Positions 36,580-45,927 of a stretch of 64,000 bases of DNA are shown here, in pieces (within the stretch, counting starts at the first letter, position 1; each line of letters begins with the position of its first letter). This DNA is from a virus. The notes beneath the pieces are model-generated. The model worked only from the letters and a program-made list of their open reading frames with translations. It had not been told where the DNA came from and did not search any database. The stretch lies in the IMG/VR virus record IMGVR_UViG_3300008259_000009. One strand, written 5' to 3'. The position numbers and the translations under genes are program-made.

Positions 36580-37548
36580 TTATTTACCAAATCCTACTTC
36601 TTTTTTGTCTTTAACCGTAGGGGTCTTTTTCATACCCTCAAGGTTATCAATTGTTTCATCAAAATCCCTACCCATAATAATAGTTGAGATAACAACTTCT
36701 TTTAGATGAGACAATGACATTCCTTTTGTTTTCTTAACCCACTCATTAATGTTAATTGTTGCCAAGTCTTCATCATTAAGTTTATTAACAATATATGATT
36801 TTCTAATTTCGTCACTTGGTAACTCAACTTTATAACGTCTGTCAAAACGAGAAGGTCTATTTGTGATTCTCTCCTGTAGTTTCTCAGGGTAATTGGTTGT
36901 TGCTATGTAAACAACGTTTTCAATCTGTTTAACACCATCTAAAATGTTTAATAATCTTGACGTTGAATATCTATTCTCCCCAGCGATTGAGTCAATGTCT
37001 TCAAGTAACACAGTTAACGGTCTTTTAGGTTCAACCTTTCTAAAGGTGGGTATAAATGATGTGAATTTTTCTAAATCTTCTTCATCTTTTATATTAATAA
37101 CAATACCGTTTCTTTGCATCAATTGTTTTGATAGTAACTGAATTATACCTGATTTACCACACCCTGGTTCTCCGTACAATAAAATACCTCGTTTGTGTAC
37201 AAAGTTGTATTTTTTATATACATCAACTCTATTCCAAAAGTTTTCAATATCGGTAATAATATCAGTTATTTCAGGTGATGGTAATTCATACAACTCATCG
37301 GTATTGAATGGTTGTTTCTTCAGTGTATGAGTCCCAAGTTGACCGTTCCAAGCAATTTCATAAACACCAGATGGTACTTGTGGTGTTGTAAGATAAGCGG
37401 GAGAATATTCATCATTCTTTAAACTACTCCAACAACAAGGTGTATCATAATCACTTACTTCATCAGTATCCTCAATCCTCTTGTACCCATCAACAGTTCT
37501 TAATGCCATTATTGTCGTTGGCAATTCTTCTTCTAAATCTCTATTCAT
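36580..37548 (-). CDS. AAA+ ATPase (BCS1/FtsH-like module)
   Basis: GILLYGEPGCGKS, LLEDID, LLNILDG, RPSRFD. Confidence 0.9.
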   Translation of the reverse strand: MNRDLEEELPTTIMALRTVDGYKRIEDTDEVSDYDTPCCWSSLKNDEYSPAYLTTPQVPSGVYEIAWNGQLGTHTLKKQPFNTDELYELPSPEITDIITDIENFWNRVDVYKKYNFVHKRGILLYGEPGCGKSGIIQLLSKQLMQRNGIVINIKDEEDLEKFTSFIPTFRKVEPKRPLTVLLEDIDSIAGENRYSTSRLLNILDGVKQIENVVYIATTNYPEKLQERITNRPSRFDRRYKVELPSDEIRKSYIVNKLNDEDLATININEWVKKTKGMSLSHLKEVVISTIIMGRDFDETIDNLEGMKKTPTVKDKKEVGFGK

Positions 37549-37564
37549 TTTTTTTTTAATTAAA

Positions 37565-38224
37565 TTAATCAATTTCTTTTTTCCACAAGTCATACGGATA
37601 AAAGGCCTCCATATACTTTATATACCCTGTTTCACCCCTCGGTATTGATTTTTCCCAATTGTTATATTTGATAGTATAGTACCACAATTCTTTTCTATCC
37701 CAACCTAATTTATCCTGAACATATTTTGCCACTTGATATCCTGTTCTATCAGCACCGTGAGCACAATGTATCAATACGTTTCCTTTATGTAAATAAGGTT
37801 GTAATGTATCTAACGATTTAGTATATCCCTTACCTTTAACATATCCAAGATGTGCGTTAACCCAAACATATTTTTTACCCATACCCTCAACCAACTGTTT
37901 TTCAGATGAGGTAGAAACACCAGTACCTTCCTCAGCATTCATGCGTATAACCACGTCAATGTCGTAATTGTTAAGAATGTCTCTTAATTGTGATACAGAT
38001 GGTTGACTTGACCTAAATACGTTATTAGCGCCAGGTACAGTATCAAAATTATGCGGTAAATTGTTAATCCTAACAAATTCTTGTTTAGGTTTTAATGTAT
38101 CCTTTATTGTATCGTTAATAGTAATCTTATTACTATTTCTAATCTCAAATTGGTTGGTCGGTTCTAAAAAATAGTGTAGAACACCAAACAACACCAAACA
38201 TAATAAAAAAAACCCTGTTCTCAT
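37565..38224 (-). CDS. Tyrosine/dual-specificity phosphatase with N-terminal signal/anchor
   Basis: VFRSSQP; IHCAHGADRTG (CX5R). Confidence 0.88.
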   Translation of the reverse strand: MRTGFFLLCLVLFGVLHYFLEPTNQFEIRNSNKITINDTIKDTLKPKQEFVRINNLPHNFDTVPGANNVFRSSQPSVSQLRDILNNYDIDVVIRMNAEEGTGVSTSSEKQLVEGMGKKYVWVNAHLGYVKGKGYTKSLDTLQPYLHKGNVLIHCAHGADRTGYQVAKYVQDKLGWDRKELWYYTIKYNNWEKSIPRGETGYIKYMEAFYPYDLWKKEID

Positions 38225-38379
38225 TTTAATACCATATATTTGACACCATCCACAATCTTTACCACATACTTCCCATCAACTTTGTTATTTGCTCTTTTAG
38301 TTGATTTTGCAGTTTTAACATTTTTTTCGGATTCACCGAATTTGTCTTTAATCACTTGGTTCATTGAAAATTTTTCCAT
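38221..38379 (-). CDS. Small basic hypothetical protein
   Basis: Start at MEKFSMNQ. Confidence 0.55.
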   Translation of the reverse strand: MEKFSMNQVIKDKFGESEKNVKTAKSTKRANNKVDGKYVVKIVDGVKYMVLK

Positions 38380-38438
38380 ATCTCTTAATTTTTTATCAAA
38401 GATAATCAAAAAACCCAATATTACGATAGAGGGATGAT

Positions 38439-38582
38439 TTATTTTTTAACTGAGATGTATATATCCCCATACCACCCAAATATTTGGTCATCAAATTCCT
38501 TTTCAGGTTTGAATTGTGACATATCCATATCAATCTCAATGAAATAACTTTCATTTGGAAATCTTACCATTACTTTTTTCAT
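38439..38582 (-). CDS. Hypothetical protein (47 aa)
   Basis: MKKVMVRFPNESYFIEIDMD..FGWYGDIYISVKK, read manually. Confidence 0.55.
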   Translation of the reverse strand: MKKVMVRFPNESYFIEIDMDMSQFKPEKEFDDQIFGWYGDIYISVKK

Positions 38583-38893
38583 AAATCTCCGATTGATACT
38601 CCCACACCAATGGTAAAAACTAACGCACCTGAAACAATTGCTGCCGCTCTACCCCCCTGTTTATAGAAGGGCTGTTTTTGAGTTGTTGACCCTCCGACCA
38701 TTAATGGAGGTGTTAACAAACCTGCGGTTGTTAAAATTGCACCACCAATCATCATAGCAGGTCCCATACCTATTTTTGGGGTCGTATTATTAATAGGTGG
38801 TAAATTAAGTTTTATCTGTTGTTTTGGTGGTGCAATCTGAGAATGACCAACAAATAAAAATAATAAAAATAAAAGACTAATTAACTTTTTCAT
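38579..38893 (-). CDS. Signal-peptide membrane protein
   Basis: MKKLISLLFLL signal; two Gly-rich TM segments. Confidence 0.65.
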   Translation of the reverse strand: MKKLISLLFLLFLFVGHSQIAPPKQQIKLNLPPINNTTPKIGMGPAMMIGGAILTTAGLLTPPLMVGGSTTQKQPFYKQGGRAAAIVSGALVFTIGVGVSIGDL

Positions 38894-38903
38894 AACCTTT
38901 AAA

Positions 38904-39272
38904 TTATTCTCCACCCCAAGCCGAGACGATTGTTATTGTGTATAATGGAAAGTTTTTTTCTTTAATGTAATAAATGTCACTAATAAAACCATTTTCTTGT
39001 TCTACACTCCAATAGGGGTCACCATCAACATCTTTATCGTTTGGTAACTCAATATCCATATCAAATTGACCTAATAAATTCTCAAGTGTGTAGACCGCCA
39101 AATCTTCATTCTCAAATGTAATGTAGATATTATTTTCTCTATCTTTTTCATGGATAGTGTACCACATATTAAGTGGAACAGTTTGATTTTTCTTTATGGT
39201 TATAACACCAATTTGAGCATTTGACACTAATGTGGTCAACAACATTATTAAAGTTAGGATAAGTTTTTTCAT
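38904..39272 (-). CDS. Secreted hypothetical protein
   Basis: MKKLILTLIMLLTTLVSNA signal peptide. Confidence 0.7.
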   Translation of the reverse strand: MKKLILTLIMLLTTLVSNAQIGVITIKKNQTVPLNMWYTIHEKDRENNIYITFENEDLAVYTLENLLGQFDMDIELPNDKDVDGDPYWSVEQENGFISDIYYIKEKNFPLYTITIVSAWGGE

Positions 39273-39276
39273 TTGT

Positions 39277-39699
39277 TTAATTTATTACATCAGCTAAGTA
39301 TTGTCCAGAACCTAAAGTTATTTTTTCACAACCCTCTTGGTCCTCCATCTCTTTCATCCAATTATCCCAATTATTATTTAATAAGTCAACAAATGTGTCA
39401 TTATTTCCTCTGTCTTTATATCGTTGGATATATTCGTCCTTAATGTTTTTGTCAGGATAAACAAGAACATAAGGTATTCCTCTTTTTACAAGAGCGTCTC
39501 TTACATCTTTATGGGATGAAACCAAAATCTTGTCAACCTTGGGGTCTTGAATGTTTCTTTCAATATGTTCAATGTAATTTGCGGGGAAGTTCTTTTTATC
39601 AAACTTTGAGCTGTCACTATCCAAAACATTTTTATCTGTTGTTTTGAAATAAGTTGTTTTCCCTACACCAGGGAATGCTGAATATACTTTTGTTTTCAT
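39277..39699 (-). CDS. P-loop nucleotide kinase-like protein
   Basis: YSAFPGVGKT, LDSDSS, LVSSH, LVYP. Confidence 0.8.
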   Translation of the reverse strand: MKTKVYSAFPGVGKTTYFKTTDKNVLDSDSSKFDKKNFPANYIEHIERNIQDPKVDKILVSSHKDVRDALVKRGIPYVLVYPDKNIKDEYIQRYKDRGNNDTFVDLLNNNWDNWMKEMEDQEGCEKITLGSGQYLADVIN

Positions 39700-39701
39700 A
39701 A

Positions 39702-40019
39702 TTATTCAGATATTGATATTGTATATTTTTTATGATATGCACCCGTATCTGTTTTAACCAACACACCTAATACAGGCATAAAGTTTTCAGGGTTATACAT
39801 AATCGGAGTTATAATAACATTTTCATTATAAGTTTCATCAAATGATTTTTTTATTTTTCTCATTATATCAGTAACAATTTTATTGTCCTCCGCAATGGAA
39901 TCAGCTATACACCCCATTTTGTCTTTAATTTCCTGTGGTAATTCATTTCTGATTTCCTCGTGTTTTTTTGCTAATTCTTCACCCTTTTTGATTAGGTCAT
40001 TTATTTTTTTACTTTTCAT
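39702..40019 (-). CDS. Hypothetical protein
   Basis: 105 aa in operon; TPIMYNPENF. Confidence 0.65.
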   Translation of the reverse strand: MKSKKINDLIKKGEELAKKHEEIRNELPQEIKDKMGCIADSIAEDNKIVTDIMRKIKKSFDETYNENVIITPIMYNPENFMPVLGVLVKTDTGAYHKKYTISISE

Positions 40020-40522
40020 AATTCATAATTTATTTTATCCCCATTTGCCATAGAATAAACAACATGGGTTGGTTCCAATTTGAATTGAATACCTTTTAGT
40101 TTATTTGCGTATTTTCTACCCATACCTGGTTTTAAATACCCGATTGTTAAATGTGGATGGTAGTCAGGAAATGATGTCGTGTGTGGAAACTTTGTAAGTT
40201 CCTTATTTGTTTCGTGAAGGTTTGGTCCACTTGTATCAAACTTTAATACATCATACATTTCATTTTCAAATAATGATGGATTTGTGATTCTACAAGTTCC
40301 ATAATCAAAATTATCAATAACCCCTTTTACATCATCTTCAGTTACATCATTGTGTAACCCATAAAGTAATGTAGTGTGTGGTTCATCTTCTAAACCAAAA
40401 CTTCTATCACCTTCTTCGGTGTAGATATCATCTTCATCAATTAGTGAATGTAGATTTTTAATTTCGGGGAAATCAAAATATAACATTACACATCCGTAGT
40501 CGTATGTTTGTTTATCACTCAT
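40016..40522 (-). CDS. 2H phosphoesterase (Acb1/T4 57B-like fold)
   Basis: Two HxT motifs: EPHTTLLYG and YHPHLTIGY. Confidence 0.8.
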   Translation of the reverse strand: MSDKQTYDYGCVMLYFDFPEIKNLHSLIDEDDIYTEEGDRSFGLEDEPHTTLLYGLHNDVTEDDVKGVIDNFDYGTCRITNPSLFENEMYDVLKFDTSGPNLHETNKELTKFPHTTSFPDYHPHLTIGYLKPGMGRKYANKLKGIQFKLEPTHVVYSMANGDKINYEL

Positions 40523-40526
40523 AATA

Positions 40527-41072
40527 TTATAAATAATTTGACATATTTTTAGCGGCATCAAACGCCTCTTCCATTGTTTCAATAATTTTTGAACCTCTTA
40601 ATCTAAATGGTATGACATATGATATACCATCGTCATCCATCCACTTTTTACCAAGTTCATCTTCATCTTCATATAATTCATTGAATCTTGTTTCATATCC
40701 ATTCCATTCATCTTCAGGATAATCTTCTTTAACTGGTTTATATTTTGAATCGAACAATCTGTCACCAATTCTAAACATACTACCACCTCTGTGAGTATAA
40801 CCATACATCCCTTCAATAATAGGGTTATCAGTTCCATAAGTTTCTTTAGTGATTACGGCAGCCACACCGTGTGGATATTCTTCATCTACCATCATTTCAT
40901 TATTAACATACCATCTAGCTTCCTCAATACTACCGATATATGTACCATCGGGTGATAAAAATGAATTCTCTAATGTATGTTCGTTGTTTGGTCCAAATGT
41001 GTGTGTCCCAATCTTCCCACCAGTTAATCTTTCAATCTCTTGGATTTCTTCTTGTGTGATTTCTTTTGTCAT
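40527..41072 (-). CDS. Hypothetical phage protein
   Basis: 181 aa; YGYTHRGG. Confidence 0.7.
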   Translation of the reverse strand: MTKEITQEEIQEIERLTGGKIGTHTFGPNNEHTLENSFLSPDGTYIGSIEEARWYVNNEMMVDEEYPHGVAAVITKETYGTDNPIIEGMYGYTHRGGSMFRIGDRLFDSKYKPVKEDYPEDEWNGYETRFNELYEDEDELGKKWMDDDGISYVIPFRLRGSKIIETMEEAFDAAKNMSNYL

Positions 41073-41124
41073 AACTTTAATTACTTTTTACATTTTTATG
41101 TGTTTTTGTCAAAACTATTTTACA

Positions 41125-41379
41125 TTAATAGGAATAACTATAATATTCAAATGTGTAATAACTACCATATCTTTTACATATTCCGTGTCCCGTATAATGT
41201 TTAAACAGATATTGTTCCGCTTCATCATAACTACTATGTGTTACCTCAACGTGTTTAGGGCCTTCATTACGATATATTTGTCTCCAACCCCAAAACTTCT
41301 TTTCCTCAATAACCCACTCAATCTTCCTGTCGTTTGAATGTGAATCGTGACATAACTGAACTATTCTAAATTTTAACAT
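41125..41379 (-). CDS. Hypothetical protein
   Basis: 84 aa; EKKFWGW. Confidence 0.65.
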   Translation of the reverse strand: MLKFRIVQLCHDSHSNDRKIEWVIEEKKFWGWRQIYRNEGPKHVEVTHSSYDEAEQYLFKHYTGHGICKRYGSYYTFEYYSYSY

Positions 41380-41385
41380 AGTTTT

Positions 41386-41595
41386 TTAATTTGACATTAT
41401 ACTCTTTAATACATTTTTTTGTAGTGTTAATTCAAATTCATAGTGACTTGAGTCGTCCACTCCACAACTTAATTTATACATTAATTCACCTTTATTGTAA
41501 ATCGTTATTCCACAAACAATTCGTTCTTCTTGGTCCTTGTCTGTTTTTAAATAAACAATATCTCCGATATTAAACTTATTATCAATTTTAATCAT
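41386..41595 (-). CDS. Hypothetical protein (KFNIGDIVY SH3-like start)
   Basis: 69 aa in operon. Confidence 0.65.
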   Translation of the reverse strand: MIKIDNKFNIGDIVYLKTDKDQEERIVCGITIYNKGELMYKLSCGVDDSSHYEFELTLQKNVLKSIMSN

Positions 41596-41602
41596 AACTT
41601 AA

Positions 41603-42901
41603 TTAATTACTTAATGGTGCCTTAATACTTGGGTGTGATTGATAATCTATTAATTTAATTAAACTATAATCTAATTCATCAAATGGAACTTTAAATCCAT
41701 CAGTTCTTCTCATATCCTCACATATCATTAATTTTGGTAACGGATATGGTTCTCTTGTATGTCCAATTATTATTTGTTTTTTAATACCTTCATTCATAGG
41801 ACCATTTGGATATAGTGTCAGTGATTCTTCAAATATAGGTTGACCAATCTGTTCCTTTGCTTGCTCAATGTGATTCAAGTACAAGTGAGTATCACCTAAA
41901 TTACCAATCAATTCATCAGGAACCATATTAACTTCTTTTGCAATTATTTCAAGTAGTAAACCATAAGAAGCAATGTTGAATGGTAAACCTAAGAATGTAT
42001 CCACTGAACGTTGGTTCCACATTAATGAGATTGCTCGTTTAGGTATTGATGAAAAACATTCAAGTTCAATTAAAGGCTTACCTGTGTATGGGTCTTTATT
42101 ATTTTGCCACCCATTGACAAATATTTGATTAGCTGATTCTATAGTGTCAGTTTTAATGTCTCCAGCATATCCACCAGAACTTTTTGCTAAACTCCAATTA
42201 ACATAGATTTCTTTAATTTTATCTAAGTCATCGTACCAACTCAACTCTCTTGTATAAACTTGAAATCCATAATGACAAGGTGGAAGTGTCATTTGGTCCA
42301 ATTCACCTACATTCCAAGCTGAAACCATTAGTCGTCTTGAGTCTGGGTTTGTTTTAAGGTCGTTGATTAAATTTTGGATTTGGTCTATCGGGTTTCTTTC
42401 CCAACTTCCCCATTCAGTTCCAATACTATTTTCTATTTTACCTCTTTCTATTGTTAGAATTTTAGGTACATCCCACTTTCTCCATTGCTTCCCATACACG
42501 GGACCTAATTCACCCCACTTATTAGCAAACTCATCATTTGTTTTGATTTTGTTAATGAATTCTTCTTGTGTGTAGTAATCTGGTACTCCACCTAATTCTT
42601 CATTTAGTTTAGCACCTTTGGTAAGATAATTCTTATACGCATCGCCATCCCAAATATGACAATCATTATCAACAAGGTATTTGATGTTTGTATCACCACT
42701 CAAGAACCATAACAATTCTGTTACAATTCCTTTGAAATACATTTTCTTTGTTGTGAGTAAAGGAAATCCTTCTGACATCTTGTGTCTGATTTGTCTTCCG
42801 AATACTGATAGTGTTCCTGTACCCGTTCTATCCTCCTTGCGAATGCCATTATCTAGGATGTCTTGTAGGAGCGCTTGGTAAGATTTATCTAACGTGTTCA
42901 T
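41603..42901 (-). CDS. thyA: Thymidylate synthase with in-frame insertions
   Basis: DRTGTGT, FPLLTTKK, ELLWFL, LGPVYGKQWR, LPPCHY, QRSVDTFLGLPFN, HLYLNH. Confidence 0.97.
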   Translation of the reverse strand: MNTLDKSYQALLQDILDNGIRKEDRTGTGTLSVFGRQIRHKMSEGFPLLTTKKMYFKGIVTELLWFLSGDTNIKYLVDNDCHIWDGDAYKNYLTKGAKLNEELGGVPDYYTQEEFINKIKTNDEFANKWGELGPVYGKQWRKWDVPKILTIERGKIENSIGTEWGSWERNPIDQIQNLINDLKTNPDSRRLMVSAWNVGELDQMTLPPCHYGFQVYTRELSWYDDLDKIKEIYVNWSLAKSSGGYAGDIKTDTIESANQIFVNGWQNNKDPYTGKPLIELECFSSIPKRAISLMWNQRSVDTFLGLPFNIASYGLLLEIIAKEVNMVPDELIGNLGDTHLYLNHIEQAKEQIGQPIFEESLTLYPNGPMNEGIKKQIIIGHTREPYPLPKLMICEDMRRTDGFKVPFDELDYSLIKLIDYQSHPSIKAPLSN

Positions 42902-43095
42902 TTTTGTTCTATTTTAATTTCAAAATTTAGAGTCACCCAAGAACTTAGTAAAGTTGGTAAAGTAACCCACCATATCCATTCAGTATTAAAATCCACAATT
43001 TTATAAATTTTCAAAATAATATATGTTATTGCGGGTATAGACCAAACAAATGATGTCATTATAGGTTTGGCCAATTTTCTTTTAATCAATTTCAT
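42898..43095 (-). CDS. Small membrane protein
   Basis: Two hydrophobic segments. Confidence 0.55.
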   Translation of the reverse strand: MKLIKRKLAKPIMTSFVWSIPAITYIILKIYKIVDFNTEWIWWVTLPTLLSSWVTLNFEIKIEQK

Positions 43096-43101
43096 AACGT
43101 T

Positions 43102-43308
43102 TTATTTTAAACTTAAAACTCTGTCAATTTCTAAAGTATCTGACGGAAATTCATAACATTCCCACTTATTATTGAATCTTGAGTGGATGTGTTGTTCATC
43201 AAAAATAATTGTGTCACACACAGTCACCATTCCATAGGCGTCACATTCAGCTTTCTTAGTTGTTTTACAGGAGATAAGTAACGGTAAAATTAGTAATAGT
43301 TTTTTCAT
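43102..43308 (-). CDS. Putative lipoprotein
   Basis: MKKLLLILPLLIS-C lipobox. Confidence 0.65.
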   Translation of the reverse strand: MKKLLLILPLLISCKTTKKAECDAYGMVTVCDTIIFDEQHIHSRFNNKWECYEFPSDTLEIDRVLSLK

Positions 43309-43312
43309 TTAA

Positions 43313-43558
43313 TTATATTTCGTGGATTATTGTTTCGGTTACACTTGGGTAAGTATTTAATTGGTATTCCTTTTCCCTTTCAATTGACGAAAGAGCTAAA
43401 TTATAACTATCACAATAATCATGCTTTTCAGCGGGGTACCATTTTTTTAGGATATATTCTTCATTCCAATAAGAAATATTATCCTGTATTTTTTTAATCG
43501 GATAGTATCTACTTTTTCCGTTATCAAGCTTTTCTTCTTTAATATAAAATGTTTCCAT
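43313..43558 (-). CDS. Hypothetical protein
   Basis: 81 aa in operon. Confidence 0.6.
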   Translation of the reverse strand: METFYIKEEKLDNGKSRYYPIKKIQDNISYWNEEYILKKWYPAEKHDYCDSYNLALSSIEREKEYQLNTYPSVTETIIHEI

Positions 43559-43574
43559 AATTTATTTATTTTAT

Positions 43575-43676
43575 TTATTTAAATAACACCCAACCAATGG
43601 TTATACCAGCCATTATCCCAACCAGTGTACCGAGAAAATACCATTTCTCGTTATAATCTTCTATAAATTTTTTCAT
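43575..43676 (-). CDS. Small single-TM protein (33 aa)
   Basis: MKKFIEDYNEKWYFLGTLVGIMAGITIGWVLFK, read manually. Confidence 0.45.
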   Translation of the reverse strand: MKKFIEDYNEKWYFLGTLVGIMAGITIGWVLFK

Positions 43677-44059
43677 ACTTTTTCTATTTTATTCTTAAGT
43701 TTATAATGTTCATCACACAAAGTCAAATGCCAACCAATATCTCGTCTTACTTCACCTTCTTTTCCACAGGTTTCACAAGTACGGTAACTATTTATTTCCG
43801 CATCCATAATTCTTTTATGCATTTCATCAGAACCTTCATCAATATAAAATCTAAGACCCCCAAATTTTTCTTTACACTGAATTAAATTCTTATCCCAACC
43901 CATACCAATCAGGTCGTTAATAAGGTCTTTTATTATTGGGTACCAACCAGAATTGACACTAAAAAATTTACAATTATCAACTGTTCTTTCATAAACACCC
44001 CACGCATTTTTTAAACCACCTATAGATTTTAGGTAATCATTCATTTCTTGTTCTGTCAT
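43673..44059 (-). CDS. Conserved phage protein with C-terminal CxxC
   Basis: GWYPII..KEKFGGLRFYI..TCETCG..LTLC. Confidence 0.75.
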   Translation of the reverse strand: MTEQEMNDYLKSIGGLKNAWGVYERTVDNCKFFSVNSGWYPIIKDLINDLIGMGWDKNLIQCKEKFGGLRFYIDEGSDEMHKRIMDAEINSYRTCETCGKEGEVRRDIGWHLTLCDEHYKLKNKIEKV

Positions 44060-44170
44060 AATTTATTTTATATAAAAAATGTAATAATTCCAATAATTGA
44101 AACCGAAATGAAGTATAACAGGATAAAGATTTTATCATCATTATCCATATTGTTCATTATCTTTTCAAGA

Positions 44171-45364
44171 TTATTCATTCTCAATTTTAAAGATAATTTT
44201 ATTAAAATTCAATAGATAAATTCCTTTATCAAAATTTTCCAACTTTATGTTGAAGTAGTTACTTCCCATAGATATATTAATTTCTTCTTGATGTAATACT
44301 TTCCCCATTAAATCGGTAATACAGATTATTTGTGGTCCTCGGATATCCGAATCAAACATTATATTAATATTATCACTAAAAGGGTTTGGTGTGACTGTTA
44401 TATTTTTAATTTCATCAATTATATTAACCGAATACCAATCAGTTATCGTGTTTTTACCATCAATATCCGTCTGTTTTAATCTATAGTAGATTACTGAAGA
44501 ATTTAAATCATAATCAAATGAGTTATAATCGGATATTGTCTGACTGTTTCCGACCGCATCTACAGTATCTATGGTTTCATAACTAACCCCATTGATTGTT
44601 TTTTCAATAGTAAAATAGTCATTATTTTTTTCAGATGCAGTAACCCATTTAATGTTAACCACCCCATTTTTATATGTTGGTTTAAAGTCTAACAATTCAA
44701 TTGGTAATGCCGATGTTGTACAAAATTTAATGTCGGGTCTTGCATATAACCTTGTACCTGACGTAGGTCCCATTGAGCCGTCTTGGGCTCCGTACTTCAT
44801 TGTTCTTGTTGAGGTTGCGGTATTATAGTTGGTGTAGTGAAATATTGGGTATCCTGAAGCATATGAACCGTCATTATTGTCAACATGTACAATTAGATTT
44901 GTCGCACCATCATAACTAAACGGGGATGTTAAAGTTATGGTTTTCCAAGCATCTGAGGCATTGAATGTAAATGAACCGTCAAACACTTTTGTCCAAGAGG
45001 TGATTCCTTGAGCCACATTCACTCCTGTTAGTCTATTAACCCCCGATACATTATTTGTACTAGCCCAACCTGATAAAGTGGTATACGCAAAATATATTTG
45101 AACATTATTGAAGGTATACGGACCTGTTTGTGAATACCCTGATTGGAACCCATCAACATACCATGCAATGGAACCTATTGTTTTGGCCGCACCAATATCC
45201 GCAGCCCGATATATACTTGAGGACCAACTATAATCGTATAAACCATATATTGGTGCTAGTGGTGTTGTTTGTGAATTACCATATGTTCCATCAGATATGG
45301 TTACACAAGTTTGTGATATTAACCAATATGGGAATATCAACAACATAAATAAACCTAACTTCAT
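44171..45364 (-). CDS. T9SS type-A sorting-domain (CTD) protein
   Basis: Signal peptide; LPIELLDF module; YYRLKQTDIDG; TPNPF..ITDLMGK..GIYLL..FKIE C-terminal domain. Confidence 0.88.
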   Translation of the reverse strand: MKLGLFMLLIFPYWLISQTCVTISDGTYGNSQTTPLAPIYGLYDYSWSSSIYRAADIGAAKTIGSIAWYVDGFQSGYSQTGPYTFNNVQIYFAYTTLSGWASTNNVSGVNRLTGVNVAQGITSWTKVFDGSFTFNASDAWKTITLTSPFSYDGATNLIVHVDNNDGSYASGYPIFHYTNYNTATSTRTMKYGAQDGSMGPTSGTRLYARPDIKFCTTSALPIELLDFKPTYKNGVVNIKWVTASEKNNDYFTIEKTINGVSYETIDTVDAVGNSQTISDYNSFDYDLNSSVIYYRLKQTDIDGKNTITDWYSVNIIDEIKNITVTPNPFSDNINIMFDSDIRGPQIICITDLMGKVLHQEEINISMGSNYFNIKLENFDKGIYLLNFNKIIFKIENE

Positions 45365-45374
45365 ATAAATCTCC

Positions 45375-45650
45375 TTACTCTAAAATAACTCGTTTTGGTA
45401 TATTAAAATTGTTAAGATGTAAAGTAATGTAAGCCTCTCCGTACTTCTGAACTTTATTAATCCTAACATTTTCAATTGATTCTGCAATTCTATACCTTTC
45501 ATCAAAAGTTAATTCTCTTGTTGACCCATTGGCCCATTCGGTATTAAATGCGTCATCATTAATTAATAAATTTTTAAATTCCCCTATTGTCAAATCGGTT
45601 ACGACTTGTGTTAAATAATTAGCGTATGCCGTTTCTACTAATGTTCCCAT
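45375..45650 (-). CDS. Hypothetical protein
   Basis: 91 aa. Confidence 0.6.
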   Translation of the reverse strand: MGTLVETAYANYLTQVVTDLTIGEFKNLLINDDAFNTEWANGSTRELTFDERYRIAESIENVRINKVQKYGEAYITLHLNNFNIPKRVILE

Positions 45651-45656
45651 TTTTGT

Positions 45657-45890
45657 TTATATAAAATTAATTCTGAACTCAAATCCCGTGAACTTTTCCA
45701 ACATTCCTGTTATTTCATAGTTATTTTCCACACCTGAAATTCTCATATCAATAAATATCGCAGATTCCCCTTCAACAAACTGTCCTGAATCATTAAAATC
45801 AAATCTAGACATTTTTTCGTAACTAACAATATTAAATTCACTGTCAGGGTACATTTTTTTTATAAATACCTCAACTAACTCTTGTCTCAT
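45657..45890 (-). CDS. Hypothetical protein
   Basis: 77 aa. Confidence 0.6.
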   Translation of the reverse strand: MRQELVEVFIKKMYPDSEFNIVSYEKMSRFDFNDSGQFVEGESAIFIDMRISGVENNYEITGMLEKFTGFEFRINFI

Positions 45891-45927
45891 ACATAAAATT
45901 AAGGGAAATGAAGCGGAATATCAAATA

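Noticed and set aside
41603-42901. Intein or group I intron in thyA
   Set aside because: The extra length comes from in-frame insertions without Cys/Ser..His-Asn intein ends or homing-endonuclease motifs; the frame is uninterrupted.
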